Shown: piece after piece, positions 18,712 through 28,941 of the stretch
Layout of the letters: every line of letters starts with the position of its first letter
Position numbering within the stretch: position 1 is the first letter of the stretch
NCBI GenBank assembly: GCA_039811685.1
Contig: JBDHZC010000001.1
Location: 544,001 to 608,000 of the forward strand
DNA length: 64,000 nucleotides
Direction: 5' to 3'
From: Armatimonadota bacterium
Lineage (GTDB): Bacteria > Armatimonadota > UBA5829 > DSUL01
Notes under the pieces: model-generated
Told to the model about the DNA's origin: nothing
Databases searched by the model: none
The model's input: the letters and a program-made list of their open reading frames with translations, nothing else
Position numbers and translations under genes: made by a program

Positions 18712-20505
18712 CTACTCATCGTAGTCTTCAATGCTGCGTACAAGCAGTACCGGAATAACTTGACTCCCGACCTGCCGCAAAGAAACAACTCCTGTGACGA
18801 TGGCGTGTTCGCCCAGATCCGCGTGAGGGCCGGAGACAAGTAAGCCCTGCTGACCAGGCATAGATGCAACCGGGGAGCCGTCGTCAAGAAGGAACTCCAT
18901 TGGCGTGGGTGGAATGGCGGCAAGTGAGGTGCTCACGACCTTTCCAACTACTCTTATGAGAAGGCCCACAGTGTTGAGTCCGACTCCGCCGCTGGCGCCA
19001 TTATTGGCTCCGACGGTTCCACCTCCGGCAGCGCTTGCCAGCATGACTCTGACATCCGGACTGTCACCTGTGCCAACTACAAGCACACTGGTAGAAAGCA
19101 CCGCCCGCTCTTGTCCCGATTGACCGAGCGTCCCACTTACATTGACAACATCGCCAACGTCAACAGGTTCATTTGATACAACGCGGATCCCCGCGATACC
19201 GTCCCAGTCCTGGATATAGAAAAACCCGCTGCCCGCATAAGTGACGGGTTTTCCCGGCAACGTCACAGCCGTCGAGTCCGGAAGCGTACGGGCGCCTGCT
19301 ACTGTCTTGATGAGCTCATTGGCGGCCGAAAACCGGACAAGGCGCGCCCCGTCAGGCGTATCCAGCCCGATCAGCATGTCTCCGTTCGTGTCGAAAGCAG
19401 CGGTAGAGCTGGCATCTGTCGCCATATCCAGCGACCAGGCCAACTGCCCCACCCGGGTAAAGGCGCGGATTGTCCCGTCGCTCACTCCAAAGTAGGCGGT
19501 CTTTGCGCTATCCATACTTGGCGTGGCTCGGGCTGTCCCAGGAAACGTTCTCTTCCACAGGCGCACTCCGTCAGAAGTTCTGAATCCAATAGCCTTGCTG
19601 CCGTAGGCATTCCCGACACCGTATCCATCCGAGCTAAGCGCCACACCCGTCTGGGCAGGGCTCTGCAGAATGAATGACTTCCAGTCGTAAGCGTTTGTTG
19701 TGGTCGGAACTGCGACAACACTGCCCGCAATGTCTGTCAGAATCAGCCTCCCGGTGGTTGGGTCGTAAGCAGGTGAGGAGTACATATGCGATGAGGACCC
19801 GTTGTTGTAGATCCAGCCTGGCGTTCCATCAGGTCCGTACTTGAAAAGCTGGGCAAACCCGGTGGTATAGATATTGCCGGCGGGATCGGCGCTTGGTGAT
19901 CCGAGAACGTGCGGCGCATGCAAAGCCGTCTGATGCCAGTATTCTGTCCCGTTCGGGTGAATCACATAAGTGAAGCCTGTACCATCCGTGGGCGAGAGAA
20001 ACTGGTAGGTTGTTATGAGAATGTCTCCATTTGGTAGAATCCCCGGGTACGTGTCCGCTGACACTCCCAGAGTGTCAAATCGCCACTGAAATGTGCCGTT
20101 GCTGGACACCTCATGAAGCCGACCCAGGGCATCCAGGATGTAGACAGAGCCGTCCGTTGCGACGGCCGGCGCGGGCGTGCTGGGAGTACGGTCAAATTCA
20201 AGAGCGACCGCGCCCGTATCGTAGGGCCATCCCGGAGCAGAAGTGCCGTCAGCCTGGATACAGTGGAGCTTGCCATCGCTGGTTCCGATATACGCGCGTC
20301 CATCTTCGTCGATGACTGGCGAGGCATAGTTGATTTTGCTGGCTCCAAGGTCGGCCGACCAGACAATATCAGGAAACTGAGGCCCGCGAGCTTGCGCCTG
20401 ACCACCCCGCTGCACATCGCGATGCCACATTGGCCACGGGTGAGCCGCATAGGCCACTCCCTGTGACGCCACAAGGCAGGCGCTCAGATACACGATAAAC
20501 TTCAT
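18712..20505 (-). CDS. Secreted PQQ/BamB-like beta-propeller protein with C-terminal OB-fold-like repeats
   Basis: Signal peptide, WPMWHRD..R.G, repeated SP..D.DG..Y...W blades, FFYIQD...GIRV tail. Confidence 0.8.
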   Translation of the reverse strand: MKFIVYLSACLVASQGVAYAAHPWPMWHRDVQRGGQAQARGPQFPDIVWSADLGASKINYASPVIDEDGRAYIGTSDGKLHCIQADGTSAPGWPYDTGAVALEFDRTPSTPAPAVATDGSVYILDALGRLHEVSSNGTFQWRFDTLGVSADTYPGILPNGDILITTYQFLSPTDGTGFTYVIHPNGTEYWHQTALHAPHVLGSPSADPAGNIYTTGFAQLFKYGPDGTPGWIYNNGSSSHMYSSPAYDPTTGRLILTDIAGSVVAVPTTTNAYDWKSFILQSPAQTGVALSSDGYGVGNAYGSKAIGFRTSDGVRLWKRTFPGTARATPSMDSAKTAYFGVSDGTIRAFTRVGQLAWSLDMATDASSTAAFDTNGDMLIGLDTPDGARLVRFSAANELIKTVAGARTLPDSTAVTLPGKPVTYAGSGFFYIQDWDGIAGIRVVSNEPVDVGDVVNVSGTLGQSGQERAVLSTSVLVVGTGDSPDVRVMLASAAGGGTVGANNGASGGVGLNTVGLLIRVVGKVVSTSLAAIPPTPMEFLLDDGSPVASMPGQQGLLVSGPHADLGEHAIVTGVVSLRQVGSQVIPVLLVRSIEDYDE

Positions 20506-20554
20506 ATGCTTCTCCTTTACCAAGATAGCCCTGCGCGCTTACACTGTCCCACAG

Positions 20555-21259
20555 TCAGAAATCACCGGTGAGCAGGTGCGCTTCTGGCAAGCGCGCCGCA
20601 ACATGTCCATCCGCGTACAAACGGTTGAATGTATCCGCGCCATGCGGCAGCTTGACGATGTTAGCGTTGGGGTCCGGCCGCTGCTTGCTGTCTCTGACCA
20701 ACAGCGCCTGAGTGGCCGCATCTTCCGTGCCATGCATGACTGTGGACTGCTGTACCTGCCCAGCAAATTGATTCCAGCCGAAATTATCCCCATCGCCGCC
20801 GGTGATGCTCTTTTGCATATCCCGACCGTAAAAAACATAAGTCTGCAACCATCTGTCGGGCCCCTTTCCCTGTGGCAGACCGTTGACAGCGGAGGGGCAA
20901 ACAAGGGTTCTCGCGTCAATGATATAGCTGCCAAGGACTTTGGCCGGGGTCAGAGCTTTGGCGTCTCGAAACGGGTCATAATTGCGCCGGATATTATCGT
21001 TCTGTACAAAAAGCGTGTCTATGACCGGCATGCGGTCACGGTAGTCGTTGCAGTACGCCTTGACAGCCACTCCAATCTGCTTCAGATTGCTCAGGCAGGT
21101 TGCGGACTTTGCGCGATTCTTGGCGGCGCCAAAAACAGGAAAGAGAATAGCTGCCAGAATGGCAATAATGGCAATAACGACCAGCAGCTCGATGAGCGTA
21201 AATCCTGATCGGTATAAGGCAGAATTGCCAGTAGAACTTTTTGTATTGCTTGACGCCAT
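20555..21259 (-). CDS. Prepilin-type N-methylation domain protein (DUF1559, H-X9-DG C-terminus)
   Basis: [35 protein letters not shown]...NRLYADGHV. Confidence 0.93.
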   Translation of the reverse strand: MASSNTKSSTGNSALYRSGFTLIELLVVIAIIAILAAILFPVFGAAKNRAKSATCLSNLKQIGVAVKAYCNDYRDRMPVIDTLFVQNDNIRRNYDPFRDAKALTPAKVLGSYIIDARTLVCPSAVNGLPQGKGPDRWLQTYVFYGRDMQKSITGGDGDNFGWNQFAGQVQQSTVMHGTEDAATQALLVRDSKQRPDPNANIVKLPHGADTFNRLYADGHVAARLPEAHLLTGDF

Positions 21260-21365
21260 TTCCAGCTTTACTCCTACAGGAATGTAGCGGCTCAAACAGT
21301 TGGTGTCAACGCAATAGCGGCGCGAAAGGCCGATTTCAGGTCCTGACCTGATCTGAACAGAACAG

Positions 21366-21863
21366 TTGCGGATTGTGGACAACGAGAAAGACCCAAAAAC
21401 TTCAGGAAAGCGCTCACAGGCCACAGATCTGACGGTGTCGGCCGTTCTGTTTGCTCTTAGTGTTGCCAGCCTCTCTGCTCGCGCTCTGGGCAGGGTGTGG
21501 GTGGGCACTCAGCGAGACCCCTGGGTCCTGCCCTATGAGGGAACATTACCACTGGTTTTTGCGCTGTCTATGGCCGGACTTGGTCTGCTGGTGGCTATCC
21601 TGTACGCCCTGCGCGGGCCGATCTTTTTGAAGGGCGAGGCGTTCGTAGTCTCAGGCCTGGTATTTCTGTGCGGCGCGTGTGCTGGTGTGGTGAGCGCAAC
21701 GGTTTGCCAGGCATGGCTGCACGTGGCAAAGCTGGCGATTGTTGGCGGATGGTATCACCCCAGGGCTCTGGTAGCTGCGTCGCTCGTGTGCCTCGCGCTG
21801 GGGCTCATAGTCCTTGGCCTCGGAGCCTGCACGCGAAGCCGGACAAACGCTGACTCTGTCTAG
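21366..21863 (+). CDS. Hypothetical membrane protein
   Basis: About four hydrophobic segments; fills the gap between divergent/convergent neighbours. Confidence 0.6.
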   Translation: MRIVDNEKDPKTSGKRSQATDLTVSAVLFALSVASLSARALGRVWVGTQRDPWVLPYEGTLPLVFALSMAGLGLLVAILYALRGPIFLKGEAFVVSGLVFLCGACAGVVSATVCQAWLHVAKLAIVGGWYHPRALVAASLVCLALGLIVLGLGACTRSRTNADSV

Positions 21864-22846
21864 CCGCTGGCGGTCGCTTCTGCGGCTACGTTCTCCGTCC
21901 ATTGTCCCATCGCACGGAACTTCTGATAGCGCAGTTCGAGAAGTTCATCGAGATTCACAGACGCGATTTCATCCAGAGCGTCTATGAGTGCGCGCCTGAG
22001 AGCTTGTGAGGCTGCTTCCGGATCCCGGTGAGCGCCACCAAATGGCTCCTCGATAATGCTGTCAATCAGTCCCAGATCAAGCGCGCCCTGAGCGGTCAGG
22101 CGGAGAGCTTCGGCTGCGTCAACTTTTCGATCCGGCGCGCGCCACAAAATGGCCGCGCAACCTTCTGGCGGAATGACCGAGTAGATAGCGTGCTGCATCA
22201 TCAGAACGCGGTCACCCACGCCTATGCCAAGCGCTCCCCCACTGCCGCCTTCTCCGACAACTGCAACGACAATGGGCGCCCGGATCCGAAACATCTCCAT
22301 CAGGTTGTAAGCCAGCGCTTCACTGATGCCGCGCTCTTCCGCCTCAACACTGCAGTCCGCCGCTGGCGTATCAATTATGGCTACGATCGGCTTGCTCAAC
22401 TTGTCAGCTAGCTGCATCAAACGCAGCGCCTTGCGGTAGCCTTCTGGCCGCGCTGAGCCAAAATTGCGCAGAGCGCGCTCTTTTATGTCCCGTCCCTTTT
22501 GCTGACCGAAAGTGACTACTGGATAACCTCCGATCCAGCCAAATCCTCCGACCATTGCGGGGTCATCTCCAAAGCGACGGTCCCCGTGAAGCTCGACAAA
22601 GTCGTCGAAAGCGCTGTTGAGGTAATCCAGAGTGTACGGACGCCTGGGGTGACGAGCCAGACGCACCTGATCCCACGGGGAGAGATGACCGAACAACAAT
22701 TCAATGAGGCGGTCTCGCTCCTTTTCAATCGAGGCGAGCTCCTGGGTTCTGTCTTCGCCCTGCTGCAGGCTGCGCTGGCGCAACTCTGCTATATCAGCAT
22801 CCAGCCTGTCGATCAGTTCGATAAAATCTGTGTGCTCATCTGCCAA
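21860..22846 (-). CDS. accA: Acetyl-CoA carboxylase carboxyltransferase alpha
   Basis: ARHPRRP, ELHGDR, PEGYRKALR, GEGGSGGALG. Confidence 0.97.
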   Translation of the reverse strand: MADEHTDFIELIDRLDADIAELRQRSLQQGEDRTQELASIEKERDRLIELLFGHLSPWDQVRLARHPRRPYTLDYLNSAFDDFVELHGDRRFGDDPAMVGGFGWIGGYPVVTFGQQKGRDIKERALRNFGSARPEGYRKALRLMQLADKLSKPIVAIIDTPAADCSVEAEERGISEALAYNLMEMFRIRAPIVVAVVGEGGSGGALGIGVGDRVLMMQHAIYSVIPPEGCAAILWRAPDRKVDAAEALRLTAQGALDLGLIDSIIEEPFGGAHRDPEAASQALRRALIDALDEIASVNLDELLELRYQKFRAMGQWTENVAAEATASG

Positions 22847-23687
22847 CAGGCACCTCCGAAGTTGACCATTTCAGAATCTTGCCGAGAGTATCGCGCAACT
22901 CGCGTCTGGGGACGATCATATCAATCATCCCGTGCTCCAGTTGAAACTCCGCCCGCTGGAAGTTTGCCGGGACCTTTGCGACCTGAGCCTGTGCCGCAAC
23001 CCGCTGCCCGGCAAGTCCCACCAGCGCCTTAGGTTCACTGATGATGATATCCCCAATGGAAGCGTAGCTCGCATGCACTCCAGCCATCGTCGGATCTGTG
23101 AATACGACAATGTAGGGCAGACCTGCACTTTTGAGACGCGCGCAGGCCGCGGCTGTCTTTGCCATCTGCATCAACGCCAGCAGTCCTTCGAACATTCGCG
23201 CTCCACCGCTGGCAGTGATCAAAACTACCGGCAGTCCAAGCTCCACCGCCCGTTCAATGGCGCGGACGATTTTTTCACCGGTCGCGCTGGCCATGCTGCC
23301 ACCGATGAATGCAAAATCCGCAATTCCGATGACCGTATCACACCCGCCAATCGCCGCCCGGCCCGTGACGATGCTTTCCTCCAGGCCTGTGTTTCGACGC
23401 CCCTTCTCCAGCTTACTTTCATAGTCCGGAAAGCCGAGTGGATCCACCGAGGTAACACCGCCATCAAACTCCACAAACGTACCAGAATCTACCGTGATGT
23501 CCAGGCGCTCTTGCCAGTTCAGACGGTAATGGTGACCGCAGCGCGGGCAGACTTTCAGATTTTTTTCCAGCTCTGGCGCAAACAGGATGGCCGAGCACTC
23601 CGGACACTTGGTCCAGAGCCCTTCGGGTACCTGCTCCAGGTTTTTCTGCGCCTGAGAGCGCCTGCCAAACCAGCCGTCTCTTGCCAT
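22836..23687 (-). CDS. accD: Acetyl-CoA carboxylase carboxyltransferase beta
   Basis: LWTKCPEC...CPRC zinc finger, GGSM, SGGARM.EG. Confidence 0.97.
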   Translation of the reverse strand: MARDGWFGRRSQAQKNLEQVPEGLWTKCPECSAILFAPELEKNLKVCPRCGHHYRLNWQERLDITVDSGTFVEFDGGVTSVDPLGFPDYESKLEKGRRNTGLEESIVTGRAAIGGCDTVIGIADFAFIGGSMASATGEKIVRAIERAVELGLPVVLITASGGARMFEGLLALMQMAKTAAACARLKSAGLPYIVVFTDPTMAGVHASYASIGDIIISEPKALVGLAGQRVAAQAQVAKVPANFQRAEFQLEHGMIDMIVPRRELRDTLGKILKWSTSEVPVGR

Positions 23688-24062
23688 CGTCACTCCTGAC
23701 CAGTTGTGATTCGCCACTCAAAGCAGGCAACGAACCAGGTAACGTTACATACTAGCGCAAGCCACCAGCGTTTGCTTAACAATGCCGTGCCGCCAAAATC
23801 GTACAATTCAGCCTGGGGGTAGCACTCAAAGGATAAGACTCTTCATATGGTGAAGGAGGTTATGGGCTGCGACCGGTCAGGGACTTGCACAGATGGCAGT
23901 TGTCGCACGTTGCTCTGTTGAGTTCTCAGTTGCACTGGCTGGTTATTGTACTCGAGAGACGCCTGCTTTTTCAAGGGCGATGTGACTGTCACTGAACAGA
24001 TGAGCTCGCTATGCGCCCAGTGCGCCCGATTTATCCTCATATAGAAGGAATCACTGAACGAC

Positions 24063-25127
24063 TTGGACCTTAGTGACCTGCGCCTGCAGATAGATGATCT
24101 TGACAGGCAGATTGTGGAGTTGCTCAACCGCCGCGCGGCTATCGCTGTGGAGATAGGCAAACGCAAAGAAGCCGCGACCTCGGCAGTATTTGCGCCAGAC
24201 CGCGAGCGCCACGTTATTGAAAACGCGATTGGCAATAACGAGGGGCCGCTACCCGCGCAAAGCATCCGAAGCATCTACCGCGAGATTATCTCGAGTACCC
24301 GGGCGCTGGAGCAGCCAGTTGTCATTGCCTACTGGGGTCCACCTACAACCAACACGCATCTCGCCAGTATCTACAAGTTTGGAAGCGCCGCAACATTCGT
24401 TCCGCAGGACACGATTCCGGACGTTTTCGAGGAGGTGGAGCGTCAGGAAGCCGACTTTGGTGTGGTGCCCATCGAAAACTCAATAGAAGGCATTGTCAAT
24501 CATACGCTGGACATGTTCCTGCGCTCGGATCTGAAGATATGCGCCGAGATATACCTGCAGATATCCCATTGTCTCCTGTCCTCTGCTGACAACCTGGAAG
24601 ACGTGAAGAAGATCTATTCTAACCCGGTAGCTACGGGTCAGTGCCGTCGCTGGCTCAACAGCCGCATGCGAGGCGTTGAGATCGTCGCTGTCTCAACCAC
24701 TGCCCGCGCCGCTATGATTGCCAGAGACAACCCGGAAGCCGGCGCGATAGCCAACAGCCTGGCAGCCGAGGAGTACTCGCTCAATATACTGGCGAATCAC
24801 ATCGAGGACAATCCGGCGAACAAGACGCGCTTCCTGGCCATTGGAAGAATTCAGCCGAAGCCGAGCGGACGAGACAAGACGAGTATTGTAGTTTCTGTTC
24901 CCCACCGATCCGGCGCCTTGCTCACTGCTCTGGAAGTGTTTGCCAGACTTGAGCTCAATCTGACAATGATCGAAAGCCGGCCAACGAAGTTGCTGCCCTG
25001 GGAGTACGTCTTTTACATTGACGTTCAGGGACATCAAAGTGACGCGCAGATGGCTAAAGCGATTGAAAAACTGGGCGAGTGCGCGACCTTTGTCAAGGTC
25101 CTGGGCAGCTATCCTGAAGCTGATTGA
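24063..25127 (+). CDS. pheA: Chorismate mutase/prephenate dehydratase
   Basis: LRLQIDDLD, VPIENSIEG, NKTRF, IESRP ACT domain. Confidence 0.96.
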   Translation: MDLSDLRLQIDDLDRQIVELLNRRAAIAVEIGKRKEAATSAVFAPDRERHVIENAIGNNEGPLPAQSIRSIYREIISSTRALEQPVVIAYWGPPTTNTHLASIYKFGSAATFVPQDTIPDVFEEVERQEADFGVVPIENSIEGIVNHTLDMFLRSDLKICAEIYLQISHCLLSSADNLEDVKKIYSNPVATGQCRRWLNSRMRGVEIVAVSTTARAAMIARDNPEAGAIANSLAAEEYSLNILANHIEDNPANKTRFLAIGRIQPKPSGRDKTSIVVSVPHRSGALLTALEVFARLELNLTMIESRPTKLLPWEYVFYIDVQGHQSDAQMAKAIEKLGECATFVKVLGSYPEAD

Positions 25128-26488
25128 TTGCCGGAGTCCTGCGGGGCGGATGACTGACTAACTGCCTGCGCGTCCTCGACTTCGGGTGAGTGCTCTGGTG
25201 AGCGTTCAATGAGTATCTGTGAAAGGCGGCGATCGTCTTTCTCTGTCACCGTCAGCACAAAGCCGTTGTATCGGACCGAATCTCCGATCTCGGGCTCTTT
25301 GCCGTGCAGGCCGAATACGAAACCGCCAATCGTCTCATACTCTCCCTCGGGCAGCCCGAGATCGAGATCTTCGTTCAAGTCGTCTATCGCCATACGCGCA
25401 TGAACCAGGATGCGCCCGTCTTCACCAACTACCACCAGTGGCTCTTCCTGATCGTACTCGTCCTGAATCTCTCCAACGATCTCTTCCAGAAGATCTTCGA
25501 CTGTCACCAGACCCGCGGTGCCTCCGAACTCATCGCGGACGATAGCCATCTGCTGCTTCTGTTCCCGAAAATCCTGAAGCAGATCGCTGACCATCTTGTT
25601 TTCGGGCACAAACATAGCCGGGCGCAGGATAGCATTGAGGTCAAAGTCTGCATCGCGCGTTTCGCGCAGAGCGCGCAGCAAATCCTTCGCATGAATAATA
25701 CCGGCAACAGTATCCACAGTGCCCTGATAGACTGGTATCCGGGAGTGGCCGTATTCCAGCACTGCATCGATAAGTTCCCCCAGCGGAGAATCGACGTCGC
25801 ACGCGCGCATGTCAACCCGGGGCACCATCACCTGGCGAACAAGCGTATCGTTGAACTCGAAGATGGAGTCGATCATATCGCGCTCCTCTTCTTCAATCGC
25901 GCCTTCGTCTTCCACAGCTTCTACCAGAATCTTCAGCTCTTCTTCGCTCCGTCCGGAAGCTCCAAGACGGCACGTAACTCCAAACGGCTTTACCAGCAGG
26001 TTCCCTCCCGCCTGAACAAGCCAGATTAGTGGGGACAGCCCTCGAGATACCCACGATAGGGCCTGAGTGCTTACGAGAGCAAATCTCTCTGCAGAAGCGG
26101 AGGCCAGAGCTCTGGGCGCAAGGTCCACGAAGACAGCCAGTCCAACCCCGGTGAGGACTGCCAGTATAACGAGCCCCAGAATGGCAGCTGAGGACGTGGG
26201 CAATCCGCTCAGGACAAACGCTGTCTGCAATCCAGGGAGAAACGACAGGACTATCAGCGCCGCAATAATCACATTGAGGACGAAGACGCCAATTTCTGCA
26301 GCGGCGCACAGCTTCGTTGAATCATCCAGAAGCTGTAGAACGCGTTTTGCTCTGGCGTTTCCGCGATCAACCAGCTCCCGCAGACGGGAACGCCGCACCG
26401 ACACGACTGCGCTTCCAGAGGCGCTCAGGAATGCCGCGACTATTACCAGCAGGACAATGACCAGAAGCCGACCCATCCAGAAGCTCAC
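25109..26488 (-). CDS. HlyC/CorC (CNNM-CBS) family protein
   Basis: N-terminal TM region, VMVPR, HSRIPVY, DEFGGTAGLVTVEDLLEEIVGEIQDEYD. Confidence 0.93.
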   Translation of the reverse strand: MSFWMGRLLVIVLLVIVAAFLSASGSAVVSVRRSRLRELVDRGNARAKRVLQLLDDSTKLCAAAEIGVFVLNVIIAALIVLSFLPGLQTAFVLSGLPTSSAAILGLVILAVLTGVGLAVFVDLAPRALASASAERFALVSTQALSWVSRGLSPLIWLVQAGGNLLVKPFGVTCRLGASGRSEEELKILVEAVEDEGAIEEEERDMIDSIFEFNDTLVRQVMVPRVDMRACDVDSPLGELIDAVLEYGHSRIPVYQGTVDTVAGIIHAKDLLRALRETRDADFDLNAILRPAMFVPENKMVSDLLQDFREQKQQMAIVRDEFGGTAGLVTVEDLLEEIVGEIQDEYDQEEPLVVVGEDGRILVHARMAIDDLNEDLDLGLPEGEYETIGGFVFGLHGKEPEIGDSVRYNGFVLTVTEKDDRRLSQILIERSPEHSPEVEDAQAVSQSSAPQDSGNQSASG

Positions 26489-26592
26489 TTTGAGCCTCCT
26501 TCACAGGCCGTACACTGTGAAGCAGGGCGACCTGCCGTCGCCGCAGACGCAGCGAAAACGCGCCTGTAAGGATCTAAGTCAGTTGCGTCCAT

Positions 26593-27294
26593 TTATCCGC
26601 GCAGCAGGTACACGGCCATACCCAGGCCCGTTCCCAGCAGTCCTCCCCACAGTACCTCCCGCAGAGTGTGGATTCCCGCATCCACACGGCTCTGCGCGAC
26701 AAGAACGGCCAGCAACACGGCGACCGCCCGTGCAATGTTGTTGGGTGAGACAAAAATGATAGTTGTCGCGAAGAAGAACCCAAGAGCAGTGTGGCCGCTT
26801 ACCACCCCGCCGCGCAGGAACGTCCCCTTACCACCCGACACTTTCTGCACAATAACAATGGCAAACAGAAGCAGCACACCAACGGCAGTTACCGTCAGCA
26901 CGTCCGGATTCCGAATGCCGAGATTCGTAGTGAAACTGCTCTTTGGGCGTCCACCCAGGAACAGTATAAACCCAATTGTCAGCGCATTCACCGTCGCCAT
27001 CAGCACGGCGCCAGCTGCGATGTCCTTTGCAAACTTGGCTAGAGGATGGTAGCTCTGTACGACAAGGTCTACAACGGCTTCAATGGCAGTGTTGAACATC
27101 TCCGCTATGAGAACAAGCGAGATTGTCAGAAGCAATACCATCGTCTCGCCCCGGTCCTGTTTGAACATCAAGCTCACCATCAGGACCAGAACGAGCATAA
27201 AGAAGTGAAAGCGCATGTGCTTCTGCGTCCGATAGACGTGAAGCACCCCTTCCGCAGCGTATTTGAAGTTGCCGAACGGATTGGCCAGCTTCAA
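26593..27294 (-). CDS. dgkA: Diacylglycerol/undecaprenol kinase fused to a PAP2 domain
   Basis: EMFNTAIEAVVD, AKDIAAGAV; SGH and SRV.AGIH motifs. Confidence 0.9.
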   Translation of the reverse strand: MKLANPFGNFKYAAEGVLHVYRTQKHMRFHFFMLVLVLMVSLMFKQDRGETMVLLLTISLVLIAEMFNTAIEAVVDLVVQSYHPLAKFAKDIAAGAVLMATVNALTIGFILFLGGRPKSSFTTNLGIRNPDVLTVTAVGVLLLFAIVIVQKVSGGKGTFLRGGVVSGHTALGFFFATTIIFVSPNNIARAVAVLLAVLVAQSRVDAGIHTLREVLWGGLLGTGLGMAVYLLRG

Positions 27295-27782
27295 CGCACA
27301 GTCGAGCTCCTGGGACCACTGGCCCGAAACGCCTCCGGAACGTAGTGACGCTCTTTGGCTCTCATCTCTTTTCGAGCGACTTCCTCAATGTCGTCATACC
27401 CGAGGAGATGCAATGCGCCATGCACCACCAGCAGAGTTAGTTCAATTTCCAGAGAGTGGCCATGGTCATCGGCCTGACGCTGCGCTGTATCCACACTGAC
27501 CGCAATGTCTCCGAGACACCCATGTCTGAGACCCTTGTTGGTGTGAGGATTGTCAAGAGGAAAGGACATGACGTCCGTCGGGCCATCGAGACCCATCCAG
27601 CGATTGTGCAGGACACTCATCTCTCCGTCGTCCGTCAGCAGAACCGACACCTCCCACCCCTCCGGCGCTCCCTCCGAGCGCAGAACGTGGCGAAGTGTGC
27701 GTGTGAGCGAATCTAAAGAAAAACCCGAAGGCGCTTCCCCTGTGATTGAGACATTCATGGGAGCAACGACAGACGCCGACAT
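27291..27782 (-). CDS. ybeY: rRNA maturation RNase YbeY
   Basis: PTDVMSF, LGDI, HGALHLLGYD; start uncertain. Confidence 0.93.
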   Translation of the reverse strand: MSASVVAPMNVSITGEAPSGFSLDSLTRTLRHVLRSEGAPEGWEVSVLLTDDGEMSVLHNRWMGLDGPTDVMSFPLDNPHTNKGLRHGCLGDIAVSVDTAQRQADDHGHSLEIELTLLVVHGALHLLGYDDIEEVARKEMRAKERHYVPEAFRASGPRSSTVR

Positions 27783-28099
27783 GACAGTTGAGCCGAGCCA
27801 CCCGAGAGTGACTCCGGGACAACTCGACTCATCTGGTTCGCAGATTTGATGTGCAGCCGACAGAAGCGCCGGCCAGAGTGACTGTTCACGGTGGATGGCT
27901 GGAGAAAGATATGATGGATTGCCAGTGCGCCCATCAAACCCAGGCAAATCCTGCCTGCACGGATGAGCCATTCGTCCGTCCTGCAGCGATGAGAGTTGTA
28001 TCGAGCCGGACAGAATACCGACAGTGACCTCTGCTCTGGATATTGGTGAACAGAGACAAATGGCGCGGCTCTGAAACCGGCCACACCAGGTAGAACAGA

Positions 28100-28297
28100 T
28101 TAGTTGTTCATCTTGGCAGCTTCTTGCTTCATCTTGCGGCGCTTCGCAGCTGCTGTGCGGCGCTTTTTGTCGCTAGGCTTTTCGTAGTGTTCGTGAGCGC
28201 GGGCTTCCTTCAAAATGCCCGTAAGTTGAAGCTGCTTCTTGAAACGCTTGAGCGCGCTGTCCAAACTCTCATTTGGACGTACCTGGACTTGAGCCAA
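28100..28297 (-). CDS. rpsU: 30S ribosomal protein S21
   Basis: ESLDSALKRFKK...HYEKPS; TTG start with SD GGAGG. Confidence 0.96.
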   Translation of the reverse strand: MAQVQVRPNESLDSALKRFKKQLQLTGILKEARAHEHYEKPSDKKRRTAAAKRRKMKQEAAKMNN

Positions 28298-28581
28298 ACA
28301 GTGATCCTCCGGAGACTAAACAGGTTGCGGTGCAAAGAACAAAAACGAGGTGTCGAGTCAGAGACTCCACTGCCGGCGCAATCGCTCACTCACCGCACAA
28401 AACATCGATTATTATATCGGCCTGACGGCCTGATGTCAATATTTGGTCAGCGTCGAGCTTCACGGAGCGCTGAACAACTCTATTATGCCACCCGGGAGGG
28501 TGTTCCTTACGTATTTCGTGAGAAATGCATGACGAAGTGTGGAACGCGCGCAGTCTGCAACAACCTGCGCAGCCACCAGCG

Positions 28582-28932
28582 TCAGCCCGGAGGCCACTGC
28601 ATATTCCTTCCTCCCAGAAGATGCAAGTGAATATGCCATACGGATTGTCCAGCGCCTTCGTTGCAGTTCATCACCAGCCGGTAGCCGCCTTCGACTATAC
28701 CACGCTCAGCGGCGATTTGGTTCGCCGCAAGAGTGAGCTTGCCCAGAAGCAGCGCATCGGATTCCTTCGCATCCGATACCCGCGATATGTGTCGGCGCGG
28801 AATGACCAGGACATGGGTGGGCGCCTGAGGGTTCAAGTCCTCAAACGCGACGACATCAGAATCCTCATAAACGATCTGGGCGGGAATTTCTCCACGCGCT
28901 ATCTTGCAGAAGATACAATTATCTATACTCAT
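28582..28932 (-). CDS. HIT family nucleotide-binding protein
   Basis: CIFCKI, HVLVIP, GQSVWHIHLHLLGGR. Confidence 0.96.
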   Translation of the reverse strand: MSIDNCIFCKIARGEIPAQIVYEDSDVVAFEDLNPQAPTHVLVIPRRHISRVSDAKESDALLLGKLTLAANQIAAERGIVEGGYRLVMNCNEGAGQSVWHIHLHLLGGRNMQWPPG

Positions 28933-28941
28933 ATTCTCAAA

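Noticed and set aside
18514..21259. Genomic island integrated at tRNA-His
   Set aside because: No integrase or duplicated tRNA 3' end seen; neighbouring genes look lineage-typical
23820..23827. TAGCACTC CIRCE half-site
   Set aside because: No matching second half at 9-nt spacing and no heat-shock gene nearby
23847..23921. Cys-rich mini-ORF (MVKEV)MGCDRSGTCTDGSCRTLLC upstream of pheA
   Set aside because: AAGGAGG lies only 2 nt from the second ATG, there are no Phe codons for attenuation, and no modifying enzymes are nearby
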